A stretch of DNA of 45,908 nucleotides from a virus. Taxonomy: Duplodnaviria > Caudoviricetes. The notes beneath the pieces were generated by a model, which ran no database searches, was not told the DNA's origin, and saw only the letters and a list, made by a program, of their open reading frames with translations. Of this stretch, positions 1 through 9,076 are shown piece by piece (position 1 is the first letter of the stretch; every line of letters starts with the position of its first letter). Position numbers and translations under genes: made by a program. The stretch covers positions 1-45,908 of IMG/VR virus record IMGVR_UViG_3300044454_000098; one strand, given 5' to 3'.

Positions 1-126
1 GCTGAATCCAGCGGTCCTGTTCCTGCAGCTTGTTGGTCTTGCCCGACGTGCCGGCCTTGATCTCGAGGCTGACCATTGACAGCGCCTCGTCCATCGAGAC
101 TTCCGGCCATACGGCGTCAGGCCCGG
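1..126 (+). repeat. Terminal direct repeat, left copy (assembly overlap)
   Basis: 1-126 identical to 45775-45900. Confidence 0.95.
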
Positions 127-1645
127 CGATGCGCTGCACTTCCTGGGGCGAGAGCTCGCGCAGGCAGACCTCGAACGTGAACTGCCCGAGGTCCTGCAGG
201 TAGTCCTCGATCGTGTCCTGGCGCTCTTCGGTGCGGCCGCGCAGCCCCTGGGCCATGATCTCGGCCTCGGTGGCCGTCTTGGCCTTCATCACGGTCCCGC
301 GCGCCGCATCGCCGCCGCCCATGATCTGCTCCATGTCGGAGCGGGCGGGCATGGTGTCGTACACCTGGGGATCGATGCGGATGTTGCTGAACTCGGCGAT
401 GTCCTCGCTCAGCGGCCGGCCGGCGACACCGTTGATCATGATGATGTCGTTGGACTGCCGGTTGGCGATGTTGCGCACGTCCTCTTCGGTCAGCGCACCG
501 CCCTTGCGCGCCAGGCGCACCGGCAGAGAATCCTCGCGGTGCTTCACCAGGTCGTCGCGGTTTTGGTTGTACTCCTGGGCGAGCTTCAGCAGCAGCTCGA
601 CGTCGGACAGCGGGTAGAACTCGCCATCGGCCGGATTGAACGCCAGGGCGAAGAACGGGTAGAACCGGCGGCCCACCTTGTCGGGCACGTAGGGCGCCCG
701 GCAGTAGCCTTCCTCACCCTCGCAGATCGTAAAGATCGTGTTGCAGGTGTGATCCCAAATCTCGTAAACGCAGTAGTACGTGCCCTTGTCGGGCCCGGAC
801 GACTCTTCGCTGCCAGCCACCTTCGCGTACTTGCGGCCCTTCTTGGGCTTGTAGCCGAACGTGGCAACGTACTTGTCCTCGCTGAACCACACGCGATGCG
901 CGATCGCGTCGGCGCGCAGGTATTCCTCGAAGGCGCGGATCGTCGAATCCAGGACGATGACATCCTCGGATTGCAGGCGGTCGAGCGTCATGCCGCGGCC
1001 GATCGTGAGCTCGGGCGCCTGCTGCAGCGCCTGCATTTGAGCCTCGAGCTCGGCGGCCTTCGCCTCGAGGTCGTCGGTCTGTGCCCCGCCGGCGTCCCGC
1101 AGCTCCTTCGAGGTCGCACGCATGCGCTCGAGGTTGTCCTGCAGGTCGTTGATGCGGTTCAGAATCTGCGGGTCGGTGCGCTTGTCCTCCTGGAACGTCG
1201 CCTTGATCCAGCCGATGCCGGTGGTCATGGTGGCGCGCACGTCCGCCTTCATCGCCTGCTTGAGCTTGGCGTCGTTCAGCTGGCGGGTGACGACGATCTC
1301 AGCCGTGGCCGCGAACTTCTTGACCAGCTCGTACTGCTTGGGCGTGGTCGAGGGCGACGGCGAGAAACTGAAGTCGGGATTTTTCGCGTAGACCTGCGGC
1401 ATCATGGCCGCGATCTGCGCATAGATCATGTTCGAGCGGGACCGTTCTTTGTCCTCGCCGTTCAGAAAACCGCGATAGGCAGCCCGCCACTTCTTGAAGT
1501 TGGCGAACCGCTCCTTTTGGAGCTCGAGGGCTTCATCAATGCGCTTCTTCAGCGCCTTGACGTGTGCGCGCTCGCGATCCGTAGGATCGGGCCGCTCGAG
1601 CTCCTTTTGGGTGCTCGGCGGCCCTTGCTCTGCCGTTGGCAGCAT
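1..1645 (-). CDS. Portal protein, N-terminal part (continues at 45774-45077; about 780 aa total)
   Basis: Missing from the ORF track. ATG at 1645 gives MLPTAEQGPPSTQKELERPD...SNMIYAQIAAMMPQVYAKNP...GIGWIKATF...VYEIWD...KAKTATEAEIM (portal-like TATE motif). 1645+698 nt = 781 codons across the junction; lies after terL. Confidence 0.9.
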   Translation of the reverse strand, partial: MLPTAEQGPPSTQKELERPDPTDRERAHVKALKKRIDEALELQKERFANFKKWRAAYRGFLNGEDKERSRSNMIYAQIAAMMPQVYAKNPDFSFSPSPSTTPKQYELVKKFAATAEIVVTRQLNDAKLKQAMKADVRATMTTGIGWIKATFQEDKRTDPQILNRINDLQDNLERMRATSKELRDAGGAQTDDLEAKAAELEAQMQALQQAPELTIGRGMTLDRLQSEDVIVLDSTIRAFEEYLRADAIAHRVWFSEDKYVATFGYKPKKGRKYAKVAGSEESSGPDKGTYYCVYEIWDHTCNTIFTICEGEEGYCRAPYVPDKVGRRFYPFFALAFNPADGEFYPLSDVELLLKLAQEYNQNRDDLVKHREDSLPVRLARKGGALTEEDVRNIANRQSNDIIMINGVAGRPLSEDIAEFSNIRIDPQVYDTMPARSDMEQIMGGGDAARGTVMKAKTATEAEIMAQGLRGRTEERQDTIEDYLQDLGQFTFEVCLRELSPQEVQRIAGPDAVWPEVSMDEALSMVSLEIKAGTSGKTNKLQEQDRWIQ

Positions 1646-1654
1646 TTACTGCGA

Positions 1655-2254
1655 CTAGCAGCTGATACGCGGCGTGACCTGGCCCGACGTGTACGCGGAG
1701 ACGCGCGCACGCAGGATGTAGGACAGCTTGACTTCTTCGCCGTTGCCCGTGACCGCGGCCGTCAGCGCCAGGCTCGAGCTCGCCGGAGTCGTGGTGCTGT
1801 TGCCGTTCGTGTTGGTCCACGCCGGGTTCTGCACCGGGTACTCGGCGCCGCCCGCGTTGGCCTGGGTGGCAAGCGCGAAGTCAGCGTAGTTGGCGAAAGC
1901 GTCGATGAACACCGTGGCGACTGCGCCCGGTGCGGCCATCGACAGCTGACCAGCGTGCGCCTTCATGTGCGGGGTCTTGTCGAACACGACGCCGACGATG
2001 GCGGTACCACCGTGCACGCCGTTGCCGGACGAGCCGACCAGGGTGGCGGTTGTCGCGCCGACCGATGCCAGCTCCCACACGCCGTTCGCGTTGGTGTTGC
2101 CGGTGATGCCGGCAATGGCGATCTTGTCGCCGTTCTTCAGGCCGTGACCGGCGCCCAGGGTGGCGACGATCGGCGTCGCGTTGGTCGTGCTCGAGCAGGT
2201 GATGCAGTTGGCAACCGCGCCGGCCGAGCCGAGCGAGCGTACTTTGATGGACAT
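1655..2254 (-). CDS. Virion-associated beta-rich protein with FCCH-like N-terminal module
   Basis: TTNATPIVATLGAGHGLKNGDKIAIAGITGNTNANG resembles the FCCH-like repeat of phage structural proteins; G/A/T-rich. Confidence 0.55.
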   Translation of the reverse strand: MSIKVRSLGSAGAVANCITCSSTTNATPIVATLGAGHGLKNGDKIAIAGITGNTNANGVWELASVGATTATLVGSSGNGVHGGTAIVGVVFDKTPHMKAHAGQLSMAAPGAVATVFIDAFANYADFALATQANAGGAEYPVQNPAWTNTNGNSTTTPASSSLALTAAVTGNGEEVKLSYILRARVSAYTSGQVTPRISC

Positions 2255-2333
2255 TTGAAGCCTCTCAGAGAGTGTCGGGAATCTGTCCCTAGTCAGTCCG
2301 CCAGGTGCGCCCGGCGGCAGGCGTGTTTCTCAG

Positions 2334-2696
2334 CTAAGTCCTCGCTCGGTATCCCGACTCGATGATGATTTCCCGCGCCGGCCGGCCCGCGTTGGCGCGG
2401 ATCAGCTCGACGGTTTCCTGCAGTCCATTGGCCGCGATCTCGCCGGCCGCCTCCTTGTCAGGCGCATGAATCACGATGACGTCGCCGCCGATCGTGCATC
2501 CGTACACCTGGCGCAGGCCGTGATCGACTTGCGCAACCTCGCGCCCGTCCAGCTTGCCGGCTACCGTGAACACATAGGCGTGCGCTCCGTCCGTATCTAC
2601 GTGGAAGTGCTCGAAGATTGGCGTCGGCTCGTCCATGCGAGCCAGCTCTTCGAGACTGATCGAACGGCGGCTGCCAAAGTCGGGCACGAAGTCCAT
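2334..2696 (-). CDS. Hypothetical protein (start probably ATG 2696; ORF track uses GTG 2741)
   Basis: Typical codon usage from MDFVPDF; a promoter motif lies immediately upstream of ATG 2696. Confidence 0.6.
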   Translation of the reverse strand: MDFVPDFGSRRSISLEELARMDEPTPIFEHFHVDTDGAHAYVFTVAGKLDGREVAQVDHGLRQVYGCTIGGDVIVIHAPDKEAAGEIAANGLQETVELIRANAGRPAREIIIESGYRART

Positions 2697-2703
2697 GTAC
2701 CGG

Positions 2704-2737
2704 ATTCTGTACGGGTTTCGCGCAGGTTTTTCAACGG
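2704..2737 (-). promoter_or_regulatory. Late-promoter motif copy A (CCG-TTGAAA-N19-CAGAAT)
   Basis: CCGTTGAAAAA repeated four times on the minus strand, each ahead of a structural gene block. Confidence 0.6.
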
Positions 2738-4290
2738 CCACCGCGGGCGCGGCGTTCTTTGTCCTGCTGGATGACCCACTCGAGGCTCCACGGCTTCGGC
2801 CCCGTGACTTTCTTCTTCGGCACGCGGCTGGTCGGCCTGGACATGCAGGCGTAGCGCGTGTCGTCGCCGGCGTGATCCTCGGCGTCGGTGTCGATGTCCT
2901 CGGCCTTCTTGTCGTCGTGCTGCAGCACCGGCACCGTGCGAATCCAGTCGGTGCAGTTGGCGCAGACGTAGAGCAGCGGGTCGTTGTCGTCGTCGCCGAT
3001 GCGCGCCTGGACCTGCTGCCAGCCCGCGATGCGGGTGTTGTCGGCCGGCTGGAACACTAGATCGGGGTCGCGGTTGTCGTCCCACTTGTCGGGCTTGGCG
3101 CCGATCAGGCGTTCCATGATGGACGGGCCGCCATCCTCTTTCCACATGGACGGGTCGGCCACCGACAGCTGCACGTCGATGACCTCGCCGGCGGCCTTCA
3201 GGCGCTGGCGGATGCCGCGGCCCACATCCTCGGCCAGCAGCTTCAGGCCCTCGTTGCCGATCGGCAGGTCGTTCTCGTCGCGCTTGACGCCGTACCATTC
3301 CTTGTAGCGGACGATCGCGCCGCGCTCGACCAGGACGGTGCCGCCGTCGCGCAGCTCGAGCTCGGTGTCCTCGTCCACCACCACCCACCAGCCGATCGAG
3401 AATGGCTTGGCCGAGCCCCAATCCATCGACAGGAACCGCGTCCAGTGCTTCGGCGGGGTCCAGGGCTTCAGGTAGTGGCGGTTCGGCCTGATCTTGTCGA
3501 AGAAGGCGCCGGCCACGATGTCCCAATCGCCGAACCGCAGGGCGCGCACCAGGGCCTCGCTGCCCAGGCCGCGCAGCCGGCGCTCGTAGCTCGGGTCGTC
3601 GGCGGCCATCGTCGGGTTGTCCTCGAGCACGGCCGGGATGAACTGCCGGACCATGCCGCCCTCGGCGTCCGACATTTCGCGGATCGTGAACGGCAGCACG
3701 CCCTCGATCCAGGTGCGCTTGACCCATTGGTGGCCGACGCCGCCCGGGTTGGCCGACGCCAGGATGCGCGGGAAGGCGCTGGCGACCGGGATGCGCGAGC
3801 CGTCCTCAGTCGTGATGAACTCCGGCATGACCAGGCCCGGCGCTCGCACGCGGCCGCGCAGGTAGCGGTACATGAACTCGAGCCACTGCGTCAGCTCGTC
3901 GATCAGCAGCAGGTGAATCTCGGCGCCCTGGTAGCCGTAGACGTCATCGGGGTTCTTGCAGTGGCACAGCCAGATACGGGCGCCATTCCAGAACCTGATC
4001 TCGCCCTCGACGATCTTGGCGACGCCGGTGGCGGTCCACGGCGCGAGCATCGCCTTGTAGCCCTTCGGCCCTTCCAGGTGGTTCTTTTCCAGGTCGCCGA
4101 GCTCGCGGCGGAACAGGTAGGTCTGCAGCCCCGGAATGCAGTAACTGAACAGGATCGAGAAAATCCGCATCAGGTGCGACTTCCCCGGCCCGGCCGCCCC
4201 GCCGAACAGGATTTCGGTGGCCCTCGAGCGCAGCGCGATCGACTGCTTCGGGTGTAGGGCCCCTAGCTTGAGGTCATGGATGGATGGCAA
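2731..4290 (-). CDS. terL: Terminase large subunit
   Basis: Walker A GGAAGPGKS, Walker B LLLIDE, ASANPGGVGH coupling motif, nuclease motifs MDWGSAKPF and EDHAGDDTRY. Confidence 0.95.
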   Translation of the reverse strand: MPSIHDLKLGALHPKQSIALRSRATEILFGGAAGPGKSHLMRIFSILFSYCIPGLQTYLFRRELGDLEKNHLEGPKGYKAMLAPWTATGVAKIVEGEIRFWNGARIWLCHCKNPDDVYGYQGAEIHLLLIDELTQWLEFMYRYLRGRVRAPGLVMPEFITTEDGSRIPVASAFPRILASANPGGVGHQWVKRTWIEGVLPFTIREMSDAEGGMVRQFIPAVLEDNPTMAADDPSYERRLRGLGSEALVRALRFGDWDIVAGAFFDKIRPNRHYLKPWTPPKHWTRFLSMDWGSAKPFSIGWWVVVDEDTELELRDGGTVLVERGAIVRYKEWYGVKRDENDLPIGNEGLKLLAEDVGRGIRQRLKAAGEVIDVQLSVADPSMWKEDGGPSIMERLIGAKPDKWDDNRDPDLVFQPADNTRIAGWQQVQARIGDDDNDPLLYVCANCTDWIRTVPVLQHDDKKAEDIDTDAEDHAGDDTRYACMSRPTSRVPKKKVTGPKPWSLEWVIQQDKERRARGGR

Positions 4291-4582
4291 GGCGATACTC
4301 GAACAGTCCGCGCCGACCCTCGCCGCGCCGGCGCCGCTCGACTACCAGGCCGCCGAACTTCTCCTTGCGCAGGTCGCGCAGCCTGGCCGATACCGACGCC
4401 TGCGGGTCGCCGCCGGTGGCGTCGCTGATCTCCTGCAGTGTGTGCCAGGCGCCGGGCGCCATGAACTCGCGCACGCGGTCCAGCTGCTTCGAGAGCCGTT
4501 CGTGATCCAGCGGCGCCACGTAGGTCGCGCCGTCGAAGTGCGGCCGGCGGGCCAGCTCTTCCACCAGGTCGAGCTGTATCAC
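4274..4582 (-). CDS. Winged-HTH DNA-binding protein
   Basis: WHTLQEISDATGGDPQASVSARLRDLRK HTH-like; GTG at 4582 overlaps the upstream stop. Confidence 0.65.
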   Translation of the reverse strand: MIQLDLVEELARRPHFDGATYVAPLDHERLSKQLDRVREFMAPGAWHTLQEISDATGGDPQASVSARLRDLRKEKFGGLVVERRRRGEGRRGLFEYRLAIHP

Positions 4583-4662
4583 TTGCGATTCCTCCACGCC
4601 CAGGCGATGAAGCACGCCACGGCGACGAGAATGGCTAGGACCACTGCGTTAGGGTCGATCAT
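4579..4662 (-). CDS. Small membrane peptide (27 aa, MIDPNAVVLAILVAVACFIAWAWRNRK)
   Basis: Hydrophobic helix plus basic tail; stop overlaps the next GTG start. Confidence 0.45.
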   Translation of the reverse strand: MIDPNAVVLAILVAVACFIAWAWRNRK

Positions 4663-4798
4663 GTTTGAGGCTTTCCCTGATCTTTTGGTGTCGGTAGCGC
4701 AGACGGGCAAGCAGGAACCGCAGGCGCAGCTCGGTCGCCACCTGGCGCGTGTAGGCCAGGTCGATCATGAATTGCTCGGCGAACTCGATTAGCCTCAT
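4649..4798 (-). CDS. Hypothetical protein (49 aa, MRLIEFAEQFMIDLAY...)
   Basis: ATGA overlap with the upstream gene; fills the gap in the operon. Confidence 0.5.
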   Translation of the reverse strand: MRLIEFAEQFMIDLAYTRQVATELRLRFLLARLRYRHQKIRESLKHDRP

Positions 4799-5031
4799 GT
4801 CCGCCACCGGATCAGCTGCCCCACGCTGCGCTTGTAGGACTTGCCCGCCAGGCTGGCGCGGTAGGCCGCGGCCTGAATGCCGATCCAGACCTTGATGCGG
4901 CGGGCCTGCTCGTCGATCGCGGCGTGCCTGGCGCTGCGCGCGACCTGCTCGGGGTCGGTCAGGCGCCAGAGGTTGACGTCATCGATGCTGCTGAAGCGCA
5001 GCAGATCAGTCGTCGAGTCGTGGGGCGTCAT
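4795..5031 (-). CDS. Hypothetical protein
   Basis: ORF track 4795-5037; ATG at 5031; operon packing. Confidence 0.55.
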   Translation of the reverse strand: MTPHDSTTDLLRFSSIDDVNLWRLTDPEQVARSARHAAIDEQARRIKVWIGIQAAAYRASLAGKSYKRSVGQLIRWRT

Positions 5032-5173
5032 CGTCAAATTCCTGGGTGGGGCCTGGGCAGGCGCAATCGGCGTAGTGCATGCCGCACTCGTCGCACCAGG
5101 GCTCGCCGCAGTCCGGGCATTCGGTGCAGTCCGCGGCGAACTTGATCGGCCGGGAGCGGTCAGTGCTTGCCAC
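5006..5173 (-). CDS. Cys-rich small protein (55 aa; CTECPDCGEPWCDECGMHYADCAC)
   Basis: GTG at 5173 to TGA at 5006; 7 Cys with CxxC pairs; GC3-rich codons; not in the ORF track. Confidence 0.6.
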   Translation of the reverse strand: MASTDRSRPIKFAADCTECPDCGEPWCDECGMHYADCACPGPTQEFDDDAPRLDD

Positions 5174-5417
5174 CGGCCATCATCCCGAGCATGAGCTTCG
5201 CGCTGCTGACCGGGCCATCGCTCTCGCCCGGCGTCGCGATGACGGCGACCAGGGCGCCGGACTGGCGCGCCTCGAGCACCGTGCGGATGACGCCGATCGC
5301 GAACGTGAGCGCGAAGTCCGGCGTCATGTAGGAAATCAGCTTGTCGGGGTTCGCCAGGGCGGCACGGCCCTCTTCCTGCAGTTTTTCGGGTGACATTTCC
5401 TGCTCAGCGTTTGACAT
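5160..5417 (-). CDS. Hypothetical protein
   Basis: RBS GAGGA upstream; coherent ORF. Confidence 0.6.
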   Translation of the reverse strand: MSNAEQEMSPEKLQEEGRAALANPDKLISYMTPDFALTFAIGVIRTVLEARQSGALVAVIATPGESDGPVSSAKLMLGMMAGGKH

Positions 5418-5420
5418 TGG

Positions 5421-5621
5421 TCAGTCCTCTACCGGATTAAGTACCTTGAGCGGACGCTTTAGCCGGCCCTCGGGGCGTCCGCCGGTGTGAAACCTGTGGC
5501 AATGCGGGCAGTGGTACGGCGCCGTGTTGCGGCCGTCTTTCCTGGCGCGCGAGGCGCCCTTTTCGGCCTGGCTGAAGCTCGCGAACGCGCGCTTGCCTTC
5601 GCATCCAGTCTTGAAGCTCAT
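5421..5621 (-). CDS. Small zinc-finger-like protein
   Basis: CEGKRAF...PYHCPHCHRFH; ATGA overlap with terS. Confidence 0.65.
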   Translation of the reverse strand: MSFKTGCEGKRAFASFSQAEKGASRARKDGRNTAPYHCPHCHRFHTGGRPEGRLKRPLKVLNPVED

Positions 5622-6112
5622 GTGGGGATGTCGTCCGGGATCGGTGCCAGCGTGAGGTACAGCGCCGGCGGGTTGCGGGGATCAATCAGCGGCGCGCCGT
5701 TCGGCCCGGTGTGCTCGGCCGTCAGCTTGTCGCCGTACAGCTTGGGACTCCACTTCGCCAGCAGCTTCATGCGCTGCTCGACGCGGTTCTTTTGCCAGGC
5801 CACATAGCCCGGGTCCACGCGGTCGCCGAATTGGGTGTCGTGGCGCTCCGGCTTCTCGTCGATCAGGGCCAGGGTGTCGGCGGCGATCGCGTCGAATCCG
5901 ACCTCACGCGCGCGCGCGATGCGTTCAGAAAAGTCGGGGTTAATGTCAATCCAGCTGTAAACCGTCTGCCACGCGGGCATGTGCTCATCGCGGCAGATCG
6001 CGCGCAGGGTTTCGCCGTCAGACAGGCGCCGGACGATCTCATCGCCCGCCTTGTCGGTGTAGGTGGACGGACGCCCGGGCTTTCCCGGTGTTTTGGACTT
6101 CTTTGCTGCCAC
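5618..6112 (-). CDS. terS: Terminase small subunit (Sf6 gp1-like)
   Basis: GRPSTY...IVRRLSDGETLRAICRDEHMPAWQTVYSW...PKLYGDK...EHTGPNGAP. Confidence 0.85.
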   Translation of the reverse strand: MAAKKSKTPGKPGRPSTYTDKAGDEIVRRLSDGETLRAICRDEHMPAWQTVYSWIDINPDFSERIARAREVGFDAIAADTLALIDEKPERHDTQFGDRVDPGYVAWQKNRVEQRMKLLAKWSPKLYGDKLTAEHTGPNGAPLIDPRNPPALYLTLAPIPDDIPT

Positions 6113-6370
6113 TCAGTCCCTCCGCTCTGGCGGAACGTCGCGCGTGAGCTTGGCGTGTTCCAGGCTGACCAGCTTCTGCCGGAACTCGTCCAGGACGGCG
6201 CGTGTACTGAGCACAGTAGCATCGCACCGTTCAAGGTAGAAGGTGATCGTGGCAAGGTCGCCGCGTTCCACTACCGCGTCCTCGAGGATTTCGGCGACCT
6301 TGCTGGCGAGCTGGCTGAGCTCCCCGACATGCTGGATCAGCCGCAACGCTTGGCTTTGATGTGTTGCCAC
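6113..6370 (-). CDS. Hypothetical helical protein
   Basis: RBS AGGAGG before GTG; abuts terS. Confidence 0.6.
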   Translation of the reverse strand: MATHQSQALRLIQHVGELSQLASKVAEILEDAVVERGDLATITFYLERCDATVLSTRAVLDEFRQKLVSLEHAKLTRDVPPERRD

Positions 6371-6379
6371 GTCAACCTC

Positions 6380-6688
6380 CTAGATCGCGCCAACGTGGCG
6401 CCGGTAAAGTGCCAACACCTTCCGGGCGTCCGATTCCTTCGGTTCGCCCCCATGTTGCCAGTGGTACACCGTCGCTCGGTTGATGCCGAGCTGCCGGGCA
6501 ATGTCCTCGCGGGCGATCCCCGCCTTCATGATGGCCGACACGATGGCGTCCCAATCGCGTCGCTTGATCCGTGTCAACAGCACTTCCTGGCAACCGCACT
6601 TGTCGCGCAGCACCTGGTTGTCGGGGCCCGACACCGGCACAAAGCCGGGCCAGGCGCTCGGTGTGAGTGGCTTCCAATGTGCCGTCAC
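6380..6688 (-). CDS. HTH DNA-binding protein
   Basis: IAREDIARQLGINRATVYHWQHGGEPK. Confidence 0.7.
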   Translation of the reverse strand: MTAHWKPLTPSAWPGFVPVSGPDNQVLRDKCGCQEVLLTRIKRRDWDAIVSAIMKAGIAREDIARQLGINRATVYHWQHGGEPKESDARKVLALYRRHVGAI

Positions 6689-6903
6689 CCGTTGCGCTCC
6701 TGACGTGCCCGCAGCTGCAGCGCGCGGTGTACCTTCGCCAGGTTCTTCATCGTTTCGACCAGTGCCACCGATGCCCCCTCGAACTCGCCATCACGCACGC
6801 GCAGCCTCACATGGAGGAACGTCATCGTGGCGGCGTCGATCATGTTGCCGAGCTGTTCCTCTGTAACCACCCCTGTAACCATGCGCCGATCCTTGTTGTT
6901 CAT
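6685..6903 (-). CDS. Hypothetical protein
   Basis: Stop overlaps the next start. Confidence 0.55.
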   Translation of the reverse strand: MNNKDRRMVTGVVTEEQLGNMIDAATMTFLHVRLRVRDGEFEGASVALVETMKNLAKVHRALQLRARQERNG

Positions 6904-6931
6904 TTCTTGGTAGCTCTTTCGGCCGAAACGT

Positions 6932-7465
6932 CTATCCCTTAAATCCGGTCAAGTACCATTCCAGGACCTCGCACGCCTGGTCGCGTGTCCAGCACGTCAC
7001 TACCCGGTGTCCCTCGTTCTGTAGGTCGGCCGCGAAATCGCGCTGCAGGTCGGTCAGATCGTTGCGGCCGTACTTCATTTCGATCCAGAGCCCGTGGTAG
7101 CCGCGGCGCGCCGCCGGCAGGTGCAGGTCGAGCACGCCTGGCTTCACGCCTTCAGCTTTCAGCTTGCCGGCGACGGCTCGGCTGCGGCGTCCACCGTTGG
7201 GAATCGCATAGAGCAGCCGCAGCATTGGCAGCCTCTTCTCGTTCCAGCGCGCCCACTCCACCACCGCTGCCTGTTCCAGGTGCTCGCTTGACCGGGGCGT
7301 ACTGGTACGGACCGACCTTGCGGACGCGGCCGGCGCGGATGGCGCGCGCGAAGCTGCCGAGCTCGGCCTTGTTCGCCGGGTACTTGGCGACGTGCGCGCG
7401 GCCTGGATCGTGATTCCCGAGCGCGGAGGCTTCGGCAGCGTCAATGAACGAGTGCCAGATTTCAC
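6932..7465 (-). CDS. VRR-NUC domain nuclease (putative Holliday junction resolvase)
   Basis: SEHLEQ...YAIPNGGRRS...EGVKPGVLDL...GLWIEMK; low-complexity N-terminus, start uncertain. Confidence 0.85.
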   Translation of the reverse strand: MKSGTRSLTLPKPPRSGITIQAARTSPSTRRTRPSSAASRAPSAPAASARSVRTSTPRSSEHLEQAAVVEWARWNEKRLPMLRLLYAIPNGGRRSRAVAGKLKAEGVKPGVLDLHLPAARRGYHGLWIEMKYGRNDLTDLQRDFAADLQNEGHRVVTCWTRDQACEVLEWYLTGFKG

Positions 7466-7468
7466 GTC

Positions 7469-7963
7469 TCAAATGCTCCAATGCGTCACTTCCGCCCAGG
7501 ATTGATTCCGGCCGATCCGGTGCGCGTGGCTGTGATGAATCTGGAACTCCCGCGCCACCTGGGCCGCGTTCCCCGTTTCCAGGTAGCGCGCCCTGATCCG
7601 GCGCGCGAGCTCGAGGTTTAGCTTGGTGCTTGGCTTTGCGCGGTTTGCGCGCGTGGTGCTGATCCGATGCTGCGGGGACGTGTTCATCTTCCATTCGGCG
7701 TCGGCCTTCTTGCGGGTGGTGTACCGCTGGTGCTCCGGCGTCAGGCAGCGGCTGTGGCCGCAGACCGGCAGCATGAAAACGCCATGCTTGACCTCGACGC
7801 CGCCGGCTTCCAGCCAGAGCAGCTTGCGCGGGCTGTAGTTGCGCCGGACTCCATCGACGTTGCCACCGGCCCACGGCTGACCGTTGCTCGTCGTGGCGCC
7901 CTTCCAGAGCAGGCACTCGTCATCGACGGCGCAGCGGCTGCGGATGCGATCGGTCAGCTTCAT
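7469..7963 (-). CDS. Degenerate HNH/His-Cys-like protein with C-terminal HTH
   Basis: ECLLWKGA...CGHSRCLTPEH and KLNLELARRIR...QVAREFQI..SHAHRIGRNQSW; ATG 7963 overlaps the replication gene stop. Confidence 0.6.
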   Translation of the reverse strand: MKLTDRIRSRCAVDDECLLWKGATTSNGQPWAGGNVDGVRRNYSPRKLLWLEAGGVEVKHGVFMLPVCGHSRCLTPEHQRYTTRKKADAEWKMNTSPQHRISTTRANRAKPSTKLNLELARRIRARYLETGNAAQVAREFQIHHSHAHRIGRNQSWAEVTHWSI

Positions 7964-8814
7964 GCGTGCACCCCGGCCCGCTCGAGCACCGCGGACTTGA
8001 ATGCCTGCCAGTCCTGGCGGCCGGTTCCGTCCGGCAGCACGTAGTCGTTCGGATACAGGCCGAGCTCGGCGCCTTTTTCGGTGACTCCGCTGGCGGTCTG
8101 ATGCCAGGCTTTCTCGGGCTCGCCTGGGCGCGCGGCCTGTTTCGTGTCCGGCCGCTCGAGCCAGCTCGCCTTGAAGCCGGCCCACCCGTTCTCGGCCGCC
8201 ATCTTCACGGCGTCCGCCGGCGAGAGCCTAGCCTTCGCGGCTTCCCGCACGATCGCCTGCCAAGCGGTTGCGGTCAGGGCCAGGCCCTTTGCCTTGCGGG
8301 TTTTTAGCCAGTCGTCCCAAATCGAAACAGACAGACCGGGAGGCGCTGAAAGCGCCGGACGCGCCTTTGTCTTTGTCTTTTTCTTTTCTGTATCTACTTC
8401 TGCTTCTGTATCTACAGCTAACGGCGTTAACTTGCTGCTAACATTGTTAACAGTGCTAACAGACCTGCGGCGGGCCATGTACTCCCGCATGTAGTCGGCA
8501 CGCGGTCCCCGGCGCTCCCGGTACTTGGCATGGTTGAGCAGCAGCCAACCGCCATCGACCTCGGCGATGCGCCGGCCTTCGTGGTCTTTCGTCCGGCTGT
8601 AGGGGTCGGGGCTCATGAAGCACGCCAGGGCGGACTCGACCTCTTCGATCGACACGCGGGCCAGGTGAGCCAGGCCCGGCACGCTGGCCGAGATTTTCCC
8701 GTTCTCATCCGACGCCGCGAGCATCGTGATCCAGACGATGCGAGTCGCCATACACTCGCCCCACACGGTTGACTCGGTGATCGAGCCATACAGCTTCACG
8801 AAGTTGTTCGACAT
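7960..8814 (-). CDS. Replication initiator (lambda O-like organisation)
   Basis: FVKLYGSITESTVW...VWITML N-terminal domain; AT-rich iteron linker; WDDWLKTRKAK...NGWAGF C-terminal domain; directly downstream of cro. Confidence 0.75.
   Translation of the reverse strand: MSNNFVKLYGSITESTVWGECMATRIVWITMLAASDENGKISASVPGLAHLARVSIEEVESALACFMSPDPYSRTKDHEGRRIAEVDGGWLLLNHAKYRERRGPRADYMREYMARRRSVSTVNNVSSKLTPLAVDTEAEVDTEKKKTKTKARPALSAPPGLSVSIWDDWLKTRKAKGLALTATAWQAIVREAAKARLSPADAVKMAAENGWAGFKASWLERPDTKQAARPGEPEKAWHQTASGVTEKGAELGLYPNDYVLPDGTGRQDWQAFKSAVLERAGVHA
8365..8462. other. Putative replication origin (iterons plus AT-rich tract) inside the initiator gene
   Basis: Five G(C/T)TAAC units at 8417-8460; TTCTGTATCTAC twice; T-rich tract at 8366-8390. 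Confidence 0.7.
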
Positions 8815-8832
8815 ATGTGCGCTACCGCACCA

Positions 8833-9069
8833 TCACCCGTTTAGACTATTGGATTCGGTAGTAATTGCGAGTACCTTCGGGGCACCCTCAGGGTCCGCCG
8901 TCGCAAAGTAGTCGCGCAGCTTCTCGAGGGTGCTGAGCCTGGGGTCATGTACCACCCCGTACTTCAGGGCTCGGAGGGTTTGAAGGCCCACGCCGGTCGC
9001 CGCAACGATGTACTTCAGGTTGCGATAGCGGGTTGACTTGAGCCTGTTGAGCGGTTCGCGATAGTCCAT
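8833..9069 (-). CDS. cro: Cro-like HTH regulator
   Basis: NLKYIVAATGVGLQTLRALKYGVVHDPRLSTLEKL; divergent from cI; ATG 9069 preferred because ATG 9081 lies inside the -10 hexamer. Confidence 0.75.
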   Translation of the reverse strand: MDYREPLNRLKSTRYRNLKYIVAATGVGLQTLRALKYGVVHDPRLSTLEKLRDYFATADPEGAPKVLAITTESNSLNG

Positions 9070-9076
9070 ACCGAGA

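Noticed and set aside
1-126. 126-bp terminal repeat as a biological DTR
   Set aside because: It lies inside the portal ORF and its size is typical of an assembler overlap; it shows circularity only.
539-2365. Long plus-strand ORFs (608 aa here; also 26033-27601, 34558-36042, 40534-42162 and others)
   Set aside because: Antisense shadows of GC3-rich real genes, with no motifs or RBS.
7152-7480. Alternative frame (…REIWHSFIDAAEASALG…) overlapping the VRR-NUC 5' region as a frameshifted N-terminus
   Set aside because: The VRR-NUC frame is already open from GTG 7465 and no slippery site was seen; cannot be supported.
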